Source of the DNA: Telmatocola sphagniphila | GTDB taxonomy: Bacteria; Planctomycetota; Planctomycetia; Gemmatales; Gemmataceae | Direction of reading: 5' to 3' | DNA length: 32,000 nucleotides | Assembly: GCF_018398935.1 (NCBI RefSeq) | Contig: NZ_CP074694.1 | Coordinates: 5,220,001-5,252,000 of the forward strand | Shown: piece after piece, positions 16,229 through 24,462 of the stretch | How positions within the stretch are numbered: position 1 is the first letter of the stretch | How the letters are laid out: every line of letters starts with the position of its first letter | Made by a program: the position numbers and the translations under genes | The notes under the pieces: model-generated | What the model saw: the letters and a program-made list of their open reading frames with translations, nothing else | Told to the model about the DNA's origin: nothing | The model's database searches: none

Positions 16229-16843
16229 GTGCCGACATCCACCAATCCCGAACGTCTGCTGCAGGATTTACGTGGCGGTTCCAGCGAGTTGCTGGGTCCC
16301 CTGCTTGAGCAATATCGAAATTACCTCAAACTGCTGGCCCGCTGGGAAATTGGCCATCGGTTGCAGGGCAAACTCGATGCTTCCGATCTCGTCCAGGAAA
16401 CCTTTCTGGACGCTCACAAGTACTTCCCGAATTTTCGCGGCCACAGTGAAGGCGAATTCATCCAGTGGATCAAGAAGATCATGGCCGGGAAGCTGGCCAA
16501 TCATATTCGCCATTATTTCGGCACCCAGGCCCGGGACGCCAGCCGCGAACGCGCTATTGAACTCGATTTGGACCAATCCTCCCGGCTATTCGATCGCGGG
16601 CTAATGGCTCTTCAAAGCAGCCCGAGTGAAAAAGCCAGTCAGCGCGAACAGTCCGTTCTTTTGGCGGAAGCTCTGGAAGGTCTGTCCCCCGATTACCGGG
16701 AAGTTCTGATACTGCGCCATCTGGAGGAACTGACGTTTCCGCAGATTTCCGAGCGTATGGGCCGAACTTTGGACAGCGTACAAAAACTCTGGATCCGGGC
16801 TTTGGCCCAACTACGCACCCGTTTCGATAATTCCCATGAGTAA
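16229..16843 (+). CDS. ECF-type RNA polymerase sigma factor (Planctomycete ECF group genomically paired with Ser/Thr kinases)
   Basis: Region 2 is present (DASDLVQETFLDAHKYFPNFRGHSEGEFIQWIKKIMAGKLANHIRHY), as is region 4 (LSPDYREVLILRHLEELTFPQISERMGRTLDSVQKLWIRALAQLR). GTG start. The gene overlaps the downstream kinase gene by 8 bp (ATGAGTAA). Confidence 0.85.
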   Translation: MPTSTNPERLLQDLRGGSSELLGPLLEQYRNYLKLLARWEIGHRLQGKLDASDLVQETFLDAHKYFPNFRGHSEGEFIQWIKKIMAGKLANHIRHYFGTQARDASRERAIELDLDQSSRLFDRGLMALQSSPSEKASQREQSVLLAEALEGLSPDYREVLILRHLEELTFPQISERMGRTLDSVQKLWIRALAQLRTRFDNSHE

Positions 16844-19226
16844 TTCCTTCCGAAAATCTTCTCTGGGCGATTCTTCGACGCCTGATCGCTGGCAGGATCC
16901 GGATCCCTCCATGGATCCCCGCCTGTTCCAGGCCGTTCAGGATTACATGAAAGAGCTTGAGAGCGGTCGGAGGCCAAATCGCAAGATATTCCTTGCGAAG
17001 TATTCCGAACTGGGTGAAGAGCTGGCGCGTTGCATCGACGGCCTGGAAATGCTGCACGGCGCATTTTCCTCTTCGTCCAACGCCTCCAAGACGGCTGCGG
17101 AACCGAGCGCGATCCCGGGGGATCCGCTGGGCGATTTTCAAATTATTCGCGAAATTGGTCGCGGCGGCATGGGCATTGTTTATGAAGCCAAACAATTATC
17201 TCTCGGTAGAAAAGTCGCCTTGAAGGTTCTCCCATTTGCAGCCGCTCTCGATGCCAATCAGCTGCAGCGGTTCAAAAACGAGGCTCAGGCGGCGGCTCAA
17301 CTCCACCACTCCAATATCGTGCCTATCTACGGAGTGGGAAGTGAACGAGGTGTCCACTATTACGCCATGCAGCTGATCGAAGGGCAATCCCTCGACCTGA
17401 TCCTCGATCAGATGCGTCAGAAGTATGGGATTAATCGACTGCAGGACAATGGAACGACCGCCTCTTTGCATGCCGTTTCTCGGTCGCCGATCGACCTGGC
17501 GAAAGTGAGCGAAGTCCCGGCCTCGATCCCCTCGTCTCTGGCGACGAAGACCACCCAACAAACAGTATTCTCCCAAACGCTGACCACGCAGCGCGAAACT
17601 TCGGTTCGCGAGTTTCATAGAACCGCCGCCCGATTGATGATGCAGGCCGCCGAGGCCCTCGAACACGCGCATTCGTATGGCATTATTCATCGCGATATCA
17701 AACCCGCCAATCTCATTGTGGATGCCCGCGGGAATCTCTGGGTTACGGACTTCGGCTTGGCGCATATCCAAACCGAAGCCAATCTCACCCGTACGGGCGA
17801 CATCATCGGCACCTTCCGTTACATGAGTCCGGAACAGGCCAGCGGGGATCGCGTTCTGCTCGATCATCGCTGCGATATTTATTCGTTAGGCGCTTCGTTC
17901 TACGAATGGCTGACGCTACAGCCGGTCTATCCCGGTAAGAATCGGGCCAAGCTGCTCGATCAAATTTTGAATCAGGATCCCAAGTCTCCCCGTTCCATTA
18001 ATAAATCCGTACCCGTGGAACTGGAAACGATTGTAATGAAAGCCTTGGCGAAGAGCCCGGGGGATCGCTATTCGAGTGCCGGGGAGCTAGCCGCCGATTT
18101 GCAGCGATTTTTGGACGATAAACCGATTCTGGCTCGCCCGCCGAGTATAGTCGACCTCACCCGCAAATGGTGTAAGCGGCATCCGTCGACGCTAGTGGCC
18201 GCATTCGTTGTGCTGCTGCTTTCCGTGATTGGTCTGACTGTAAACAATTATTTGATAAAGATCGAAAAGGATAAAACCAAAGCGGCTAGCCAACAGGTCG
18301 AAAATGCTCGAATTCAGGAGAAAGCGCGGGCCGAGGAAGCCGAGAAAAGATTCCGCAAATCGCGGGGTATCGTCGATACGATGATTCGTATTGGGGAAGA
18401 GGAACTCCCCGAACAGCAGATGTTCCAACCAATTCGTAGGCGCCTGCTGGAGGCGGCCTTACAGTACTACACGGAATTTGTCGAAGAGCGCAGCGACGAT
18501 CCCAAGATGCAAGCGGAATTGTTGCAGGTCGAGGAGCGGGTCAATCAAATTCTGACGGAACTCTCGCAGTTGCAGGGTGCGGACCAGATCACGCTCGTTG
18601 AAACTCGAGGCGTTCATCGCGATTTAAACGTTACGGAAGAACAGAAATCTCAGCTCTTTAAAGCCAGTAACGACTGGAAATCCCGCCGCGCCCAAATCAT
18701 CAAGGCAAGTAAAAATATCGAAACCCGTCGCAAAGAACTGGTAGTTCTGACTCTGGAAGTAAACTCGACAATCTCAAAAATTCTTACACCCGATCAGGCC
18801 CATAGACTACGGCAAATTTCCCTTCAGATGAAAGGTCCTATGGCTTTTCGGGATGAAGAAGTTGCCCGAAAACTCGATTTGACGAACGAGCAAAGAATCC
18901 GCATTCGGGAAATCGATAACGAAGCGATATCGATATTGTTTCAAAACGATGGTCCGCGTGGGCCGGGAGGACCTGGTGGTCCCGGTGGCCCGGGAGGAGG
19001 TGGGCCCCCTGAAGGCCCCAACTCCGACGGACGAGGCGATCGAGGTTCCAAATTCGGGAGAGGATTCGGAGGTGGCCCCAAGGAGGGCTTCCAGGACCCG
19101 ATGGACGAAAAATTAAAGCTTGTCATCAAAGACATGCTGAATCTCCTGACGGAGGAACAGAAAAAACGCTGGAAAGAAATGATTGGAGAACCTTATCAAA
19201 AAGGACCACCTCCCAAGAAGCCGTAG
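16836..19226 (+). CDS. Ser/Thr protein kinase with TM helix, coiled coil, LTXXQ-type repeats and Gly/Pro-rich tract
   Basis: Kinase motifs are present (IGRGGMGIVYEA...VALKV, HRDIKPANLIV, DFGLA, YMSPEQ). The TM segment is STLVAAFVVLLLSVIGLTVNNYLI. The extracytoplasmic part has a coiled coil and four L(x)TxEQ/LTPDQ motifs (LNVTEEQKSQL, LTPDQAHRL, LTNEQRIRI, LTEEQKKRW). A GPRGPGGPGGPGGPGGGGPPEGP tract is also present. Confidence 0.85.
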   Translation: MSNSFRKSSLGDSSTPDRWQDPDPSMDPRLFQAVQDYMKELESGRRPNRKIFLAKYSELGEELARCIDGLEMLHGAFSSSSNASKTAAEPSAIPGDPLGDFQIIREIGRGGMGIVYEAKQLSLGRKVALKVLPFAAALDANQLQRFKNEAQAAAQLHHSNIVPIYGVGSERGVHYYAMQLIEGQSLDLILDQMRQKYGINRLQDNGTTASLHAVSRSPIDLAKVSEVPASIPSSLATKTTQQTVFSQTLTTQRETSVREFHRTAARLMMQAAEALEHAHSYGIIHRDIKPANLIVDARGNLWVTDFGLAHIQTEANLTRTGDIIGTFRYMSPEQASGDRVLLDHRCDIYSLGASFYEWLTLQPVYPGKNRAKLLDQILNQDPKSPRSINKSVPVELETIVMKALAKSPGDRYSSAGELAADLQRFLDDKPILARPPSIVDLTRKWCKRHPSTLVAAFVVLLLSVIGLTVNNYLIKIEKDKTKAASQQVENARIQEKARAEEAEKRFRKSRGIVDTMIRIGEEELPEQQMFQPIRRRLLEAALQYYTEFVEERSDDPKMQAELLQVEERVNQILTELSQLQGADQITLVETRGVHRDLNVTEEQKSQLFKASNDWKSRRAQIIKASKNIETRRKELVVLTLEVNSTISKILTPDQAHRLRQISLQMKGPMAFRDEEVARKLDLTNEQRIRIREIDNEAISILFQNDGPRGPGGPGGPGGPGGGGPPEGPNSDGRGDRGSKFGRGFGGGPKEGFQDPMDEKLKLVIKDMLNLLTEEQKKRWKEMIGEPYQKGPPPKKP

Positions 19227-19380
19227 ATCCTATCCGCGACATCCTCAACGCTAGACAAAACCACAAAGGGAGCTTCAGAAGCTTCTCATAACTCTACACC
19301 AATATTTCATTGGAAATCTCAGTGAGTTTTACCTTAAATTGCGGCTGGACACGATCCTACCCGCGATTAAGGTTCTGGAA

Positions 19381-20718
19381 ATGAAGCGAATTCTGTTTAT
19401 GCTCCTGGCCGTCGGCGGACTGACGGCTCTCGCACTTTCGACCGCGAATCAGCCAACCAACTCCACCGACAACTCAAACGCCAAATTTGTCGTCGATACC
19501 GACAAAAAGAATCCCTGGACCTCCCTCACTCCCAACGTGGCGGCCGATCAGTTTCAGTTCGCCATCGTTTCGGACCGTACCGGCGGGCATCGCAAAGGTG
19601 TCTTCAGCAAAGCGGTGCATCAGGTCAATCTTTTGCAACCCGCGTTTGTCATGTCGGTGGGCGATTTGATTGAAGGGGCTCGCCAGGAAGAAATGAATCG
19701 CACGCAATGGGATGAGTTCGATAAATATGCCCGACAGTTTGCCATGCCTTTCTTCTACTGTGCGGGTAATCACGATGGGGACAATAAAGTCAAAGCCGAG
19801 GTCTGGAAAGAGCGGCTGGGTAAGGCATATTACCATTTTCTTTATGGGGACTGTCTGTTTCTCGTCCTCAACAGCAACGATCTGGGGATCAATGCACCCG
19901 TGCCGGCCGCGGCGGGTGTCCGCGGTCCGCGGATCGGATTCGGTAAAGAACAACTGCAGTACGTTGAAAAAACGTTGAAAGATAATGCCAAGGTGCGCTG
20001 GACTTTCGTCTTCATGCATCACCCCGTCTGGGCCGCTCGCGATCTGACGGAAAATGGCTGGCTGGAATTCGAAAAACTCTTTGCCAATCGGCAGTATTCC
20101 ACGTTCTGTGGCCATGAGCATACGTTCCGCAAATTCATTCGCAACGAACGAAGTTACTATCAACTGGCCACCACCGGCGGGGTCAGTTCGATGCGGGGTA
20201 TCGAATACGGGGAGTTCGATCAGATCGCCTGGGTCACCATGAAGAAAGATGGACCCGTGATTGCTCAAGTTGCCCTCGAAGGTATTTTGAAAGATGACCT
20301 GACGAAAATCGAACCTTCGGAAGAGAATGGTTCGAAGCCGCTTTCAACGGAAGGCTTGAACGAGGTTGTCGGCAGCGTGACCATGAATGGAAAGCCAGTA
20401 ACCGGGCTGCAAGCTCAATTTATTCCCCTGGATGAACCGGCTCCCCGAGCAAACGCACCGGAATACTCGCTCCCCGGTGGCATGGGACTCCTTCAACTCG
20501 ATGGTTCTTTCACCGTCTATCAGCATCGGGGCCCGGCCGGTCTTAAGGCCGGTCGTTATGCCGTGACCTTCGCTCCCACCACCTCGTTGATTATCGACAG
20601 CACCAAAAAAGATAACCCGGTTCCTGAGAAGTATCGGGCCGCCAACACGACCCCTTATCGGGTGGAAGTGAAAGTGGACGTTCGCAATCGCTTTGAGTTT
20701 AAGCTCGATAAAGAATGA
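19381..20718 (+). CDS. Secreted calcineurin-like metallophosphoesterase with C-terminal beta-sandwich (carboxypeptidase-regulatory-like) domain
   Basis: Signal peptide from ATG 19381 (MKRILFMLLAVGGLTALALSTA). Metallophosphoesterase motifs are present (IVSDRTGG, VGDLIEG, AGNHD, FMHHP, GHEH). The C-terminus (VVGSVTMNGKPVTGLQAQFIPLD...GRYAVTF...YRVEVKV) resembles a CarboxypepD_reg-like fold. The ORF track starts at an upstream TTG (19339). Confidence 0.8.
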   Translation: MKRILFMLLAVGGLTALALSTANQPTNSTDNSNAKFVVDTDKKNPWTSLTPNVAADQFQFAIVSDRTGGHRKGVFSKAVHQVNLLQPAFVMSVGDLIEGARQEEMNRTQWDEFDKYARQFAMPFFYCAGNHDGDNKVKAEVWKERLGKAYYHFLYGDCLFLVLNSNDLGINAPVPAAAGVRGPRIGFGKEQLQYVEKTLKDNAKVRWTFVFMHHPVWAARDLTENGWLEFEKLFANRQYSTFCGHEHTFRKFIRNERSYYQLATTGGVSSMRGIEYGEFDQIAWVTMKKDGPVIAQVALEGILKDDLTKIEPSEENGSKPLSTEGLNEVVGSVTMNGKPVTGLQAQFIPLDEPAPRANAPEYSLPGGMGLLQLDGSFTVYQHRGPAGLKAGRYAVTFAPTTSLIIDSTKKDNPVPEKYRAANTTPYRVEVKVDVRNRFEFKLDKE

Positions 20719-20736
20719 GATAAGAATTACTTTGCG

Positions 20737-20768
20737 GTGCATCGAACTCGCGTGATGTTTCGATGCAC
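20737..20768. terminator. Perfect 10-bp hairpin between convergent genes (possible bidirectional terminator, no U-tract)
   Basis: GTGCATCGAA (20737-46) pairs with TTCGATGCAC (20759-68) around a 12-nt loop. It sits between the stop at 20718 (+) and the stop at 20775 (-). Neither side has a T/A run, so the function is uncertain. Confidence 0.35.
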
Positions 20769-20774
20769 TCCAAA

Positions 20775-21401
20775 TTATACCACCGGCTCCCTATCCAAAT
20801 CGGAATAGGGATAATGGCCGTTCTGTTTCAGCAGTTCGATCAACACGCTTCCCCCCTTTTCGCGTGCGAACTCCATTTCAGACCGGAAGACCTCAATAAT
20901 CGCTAGTAAACCAAAATTTTCCACCGTCTCATCCGTGTGGGACGCATAGACATCGAACACCAGACACTTGCCCGCAATATCTTCGAAATCTTCCGGGAAT
21001 TCGCAGGTCTCATTTGCGTTTAGCTCGGCCTGCTCGGCATAGCGGGCCATCGGATTCAATATTGCGTTGATATTCTGATTGGCTTTTCCAAATGGGGAAT
21101 CTTCGCCCCCATCCAGATCTATCGCATGCCGGGTAAACATGACCAGTTCATAACATCCAAGAACTTTATTGGACGGGCCTTCGTTCGGCGCTTCGCAGAG
21201 TTCCTTGGTGGCGACTGCCGTGCCGGGAATTCCGTTGGGAAAATAGTAGAGATCGAGTCCGCCACCGACACTGTACGGAATCATGGAATGCAGCACCATG
21301 TCATGTTCGCGGCCCAGGCTGGCCTCCATCAACCGGCTTTTCTGGTCGTACCATTCATGCCATTCCGATTCGGTTTGCTCCTTGTTTTCTTCAGCTGCCA
21401 T
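20775..21401 (-). CDS. Suppressor-of-fused (SUFU)-like domain protein
   Basis: The pattern HSMIPYSVGGGLDLYYFPNGIPGTAVATKEL....GCYELVMFTRH matches my recollection of bacterial SUFU N-terminal-like domain proteins. It is acidic, cytoplasmic and about 200 aa. Not HMM-verified. Confidence 0.55.
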   Translation of the reverse strand: MAAEENKEQTESEWHEWYDQKSRLMEASLGREHDMVLHSMIPYSVGGGLDLYYFPNGIPGTAVATKELCEAPNEGPSNKVLGCYELVMFTRHAIDLDGGEDSPFGKANQNINAILNPMARYAEQAELNANETCEFPEDFEDIAGKCLVFDVYASHTDETVENFGLLAIIEVFRSEMEFAREKGGSVLIELLKQNGHYPYSDLDREPVV

Positions 21402-21582
21402 GATGCTCCCCCGGATCGTTGGTCAAACGATGCTGAAATGAGTGTTGTTTAGAAATCCCCATCTCAAAATAGGGATAGGGAAAGAAGATTCTGAGATGAT
21501 TTGTCCGGAGGATGACAAAAATTCGACGGATTCACTTCGATACAAAGTGAATTTTGGGCTCGTTAAATAAGGGGGTGCTAAG

Positions 21583-22020
21583 TTATTTCTTCTCTCGCTT
21601 GTATTCCGCTAAAAATAGCAAGGTATTGGGTTCGGATTTGAATTCCGTGGGATATTTGGCACCTGAAAGATCGTAACAGACTCGGAGGTTATCTCCTTTG
21701 AATTCATAGATCGCTTTAAAAGTTTTGTCTTTATTGGGGCCTTCGGTTCCTTTGATCTCCAAAGTTTTAATTTTCGCCTTCTTGTCCAGTGTATAGGTGC
21801 CCTTGTCGATTTTCCCTCCGACATCGACAGTATAGTTAGTCTCGGTCAGAGTCATTTTGATCGATTTGGTGACTTCTTCGGGAAACTCTTTGCCACCGAT
21901 GACGGCTGAGACGGGAACCCAGGTTCCGACAACCGATTTCTCATCCTCCCGTGCGGCGGAGGGATACAAAAAGATCATTGTGAGCGCCAGAGCCGTCAGG
22001 CTTCGAAGTAAAAATTTCAT
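21583..22020 (-). CDS. Secreted TIGR03067-like (lipocalin-like) Planctomycete domain protein
   Basis: Signal peptide MKFLLRSLTALALTMIFLYPSAA. The body (VVGTWVPVSAVIGGKEFPEE...MTLTETNYTV...KGTYTLDKKAKIKTLEIKGTEGPNKDKTFKAIYEFKGDNLRVCY) follows the GxW...G...Y..D....P..ID......GIY...GD.L..C pattern of the TIGR03067 family as I recall it. Confidence 0.6.
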   Translation of the reverse strand: MKFLLRSLTALALTMIFLYPSAAREDEKSVVGTWVPVSAVIGGKEFPEEVTKSIKMTLTETNYTVDVGGKIDKGTYTLDKKAKIKTLEIKGTEGPNKDKTFKAIYEFKGDNLRVCYDLSGAKYPTEFKSEPNTLLFLAEYKREKK

Positions 22021-22089
22021 TTTCCACTCCTCGATTGTTAATTGGTTAATGAAGCTTTAATTATCGTATTTAAATTTTGCCGATTCCGT

Positions 22090-23013
22090 TTAAACTCGGT
22101 CTAGAACCAGCATCTGCCCTTCGCTGCGCAACCACCACTCGGAGTCGGCTCTTTCCCGAATGCGGAATCGCAATCCTGGGCCGAGCTCGACCGTTTCGTT
22201 AGGGCTGAATTCGACATTCTCTTCCCGAGCGTACATTAACACATTGGTAAACAAATCGAAGCATTCGTTGCCGAGTGCGTGACTATCGGCATGGGTCGCC
22301 AGATTCGGCAACCCCATGAGGTGATTTCCAAAAGTTCGCATCCAGACGCCCGGTCTCTCTTCCACTTCGACTTTTACGAAACCACCATAGAGCAGCGGTA
22401 TCGGCAAACTTCGCAGCGATTCGACAAGCGACACATTATCTTCCGCCGCCAGCAGCGCTTCGGCGGGGAAAGCGGCTCGAGCTTCCTCATTCAGAATCAG
22501 AATGGCATCCAGCCGGGCCAGGGCGGCGGCCACAGTCGCTAATGCAGCGTATTGTTCCAGCGGATCGCTATCCTCGCCCGCATAATACAACAGCGCGTGC
22601 GATTTGTGCTCGGCGGCATCGTTCTTCAACTGCTGCATGAAATGCGCCGGCTGAACGCAGGCTTCGAAGATATTCGAGGGAATCGGCATTTCGAAGTAAA
22701 CGATCTTGATGATGTGCGGTCCCCAGCCGGCCAGACCGATCAGATTGCCGACGTTATCCGGCTGCTTGCTATCATCGATCAGAGTCGTCTCGGCGCGGGC
22801 TTTCTCCAGGACCGGATCGAGCGAACGCAGAGCCTGTCCGATCGCGATGCCATCGAAATCAAAAACGCTGGGAAATAGAACCTGAAGACTCAGCGGCTTT
22901 TCGATGGCCGGATTGGCGACCAGATCGGTCATAAGCCCGTTCGGCTGAGGAATTCCCATGAAACGTTCGATCAGACTCATTCGTGACTCCGCCAATTGCC
23001 CCTGCTTAATCAT
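22090..23013 (-). CDS. Hypothetical protein (possibly DUF4261-like C-terminal domain)
   Basis: A 307-codon ORF with no TM or signal peptide. The C-terminal motif VWMRTFGNHLMGLPNLATH resembles the hT-x-G-h-x-x-h-G-h-P-x-L motif I associate with DUF4261/SUFU-like folds. The assignment is weak. An alternative start lies at M12 (22980). Confidence 0.5.
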   Translation of the reverse strand: MIKQGQLAESRMSLIERFMGIPQPNGLMTDLVANPAIEKPLSLQVLFPSVFDFDGIAIGQALRSLDPVLEKARAETTLIDDSKQPDNVGNLIGLAGWGPHIIKIVYFEMPIPSNIFEACVQPAHFMQQLKNDAAEHKSHALLYYAGEDSDPLEQYAALATVAAALARLDAILILNEEARAAFPAEALLAAEDNVSLVESLRSLPIPLLYGGFVKVEVEERPGVWMRTFGNHLMGLPNLATHADSHALGNECFDLFTNVLMYAREENVEFSPNETVELGPGLRFRIRERADSEWWLRSEGQMLVLDRV

Positions 23014-23082
23014 GCTACGCCTCGATTGTCGGTCTGCCAGCGAAAAGCGATAGTGCTACAATCACAAAACCCACTGCTAAGG

Positions 23083-24453
23083 ATGCTTGCAATGCCAACT
23101 CTGACCGAACGTTACGTCGCCGAGTTTCCCATATCCCGCGAGCACTTCCAACAGGCTCGAGAGGTATTTCCCAACGGCGTCACGCACGACGCTCGCGGCA
23201 TGGATCCCTTTCCGCCATTTATTGATCGGCAACTGGGAGCTCATAAGTGGGACATCGACGGCCATGAGTTCGTCGATTATTGGTCGGGCCACGGTTCGCT
23301 GATTCTCGGTCATTCCCATCCCGATGTGGTGAAAGCCGTGCAACGGCAGATGGAACGCTCGACCCACGCCGGTGGCAACCACGATCTGGAAATCGAATGG
23401 GCGAAGTGGGTTTTGAAGCTGATTCCCTGCGCGGAAAAAATCCGCTTCACCGGCAGCGGCACCGAAGCCACCCTGATGGCCCTGCGGCTATCGCGGATGT
23501 ACACCGGAAAATCCAAGATTCTGAAATTTTGCGGCCACTTTCATGGCTGGCACGACGCCGTTTCGATTGCTTCCGATCCACCCTACGATTCCTTCTCCGT
23601 GCCCGGCGTTCCCGAGGGAGTCGCCCAAAACACGATTGCCATTCCTCCGAATAATATCGATCTTCTGGAAGCGACTCTGAAGAGCGATGACCAGATCGCC
23701 GCCGTGATTCTCGAGCCCACAGGTGGACATTGGGGAGCTGTACCGATTCGGGGAGCGTTCCTGAAGGCTTTACGGGAATTGACGACTCGCTACGGCGTGC
23801 TCTTGATCTTCGACGAAGTGATTACCGGTTTTCGCGTCTCACCCGGCGGCGCCCAGAAGTTCTACGAGGTGACCCCCGATCTAACGACGCTGGCGAAAAT
23901 CCTGGCCGGGGGACTTCCGGGGGGCTGCCTGGTCGGCCGGGCCGAGATTTTGAACCAGATCGAAAATCGTCCGGGTAAGCCGCGCATGCGTCACCCGGGA
24001 ACGTATAACGGCAATCCGTTATCGGCCTCGGCCGGGATCGCCTGCCTTTCCAAAATCGCCGATGGCAAAGCCTGCCAGCAAGCCAACGATATGGCCCGGA
24101 TGCTGCGTAATGAATGCAATACTCTCTTTGCCCGGAAAAAATATCGCTGGATCACCTGGATCGATTTTTCCATGTTCAAGTTTCTTCCCAATTACGATGG
24201 TCCGCCCGCACCTCTCGCGGTCACCGATAATACGGGAATGATTCCTTATGAAGGGGATCTCAACAAGCTCGATGGCGTCAAAGATCCGAAGCTGATTTCA
24301 CTCTTCCGGCAGGGAATGCTACTGAATGGCGTGGATCTATCGGGGATGGGCGGCTGGTTGACGGCGGCCCACACCCCGCATGATATTGCTAGAACTGTGA
24401 AGGCCGTGGAAGCGACGATTGAGGCTCTGAAAACCGAAGGCTATAGTGCTTGA
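23083..24453 (+). CDS. Class-III (PLP-dependent) aminotransferase, glutamate-1-semialdehyde aminomutase-like
   Basis: FDEVITGFRVSPGGAQKFYEVTPDLTTLAKILAGGLPGG parallels the HemL block FDEVMTGFRV..GGAQ...V.PDLT.LGKIIGGGLP, including the PLP lysine. GSGTEATLMALRLSR is also present. Start taken at ATG 23083 (or 23092), which avoids overlap with the divergent gene ending at 23013. The track starts at 22996. True substrate unknown. Confidence 0.8.
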   Translation: MLAMPTLTERYVAEFPISREHFQQAREVFPNGVTHDARGMDPFPPFIDRQLGAHKWDIDGHEFVDYWSGHGSLILGHSHPDVVKAVQRQMERSTHAGGNHDLEIEWAKWVLKLIPCAEKIRFTGSGTEATLMALRLSRMYTGKSKILKFCGHFHGWHDAVSIASDPPYDSFSVPGVPEGVAQNTIAIPPNNIDLLEATLKSDDQIAAVILEPTGGHWGAVPIRGAFLKALRELTTRYGVLLIFDEVITGFRVSPGGAQKFYEVTPDLTTLAKILAGGLPGGCLVGRAEILNQIENRPGKPRMRHPGTYNGNPLSASAGIACLSKIADGKACQQANDMARMLRNECNTLFARKKYRWITWIDFSMFKFLPNYDGPPAPLAVTDNTGMIPYEGDLNKLDGVKDPKLISLFRQGMLLNGVDLSGMGGWLTAAHTPHDIARTVKAVEATIEALKTEGYSA

Positions 24454-24462
24454 ACTGGAAGA

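Noticed and set aside
16206-16604. A 132-aa ORF overlapping the ECF sigma gene in another + frame
   Set aside because: The frame starting at 16229 carries clear sigma region 2 and 4 motifs. The alternative frame gives a Cys/Trp/Pro-rich sequence with no family resemblance.
19290-19310. GAGCTTCAGAAGCTTC palindrome after the kinase gene as a terminator
   Set aside because: The arms are adjacent, with effectively no loop (the palindrome is centred on AAGCTT). No U-tract follows, so it is unlikely to form a functional terminator hairpin.
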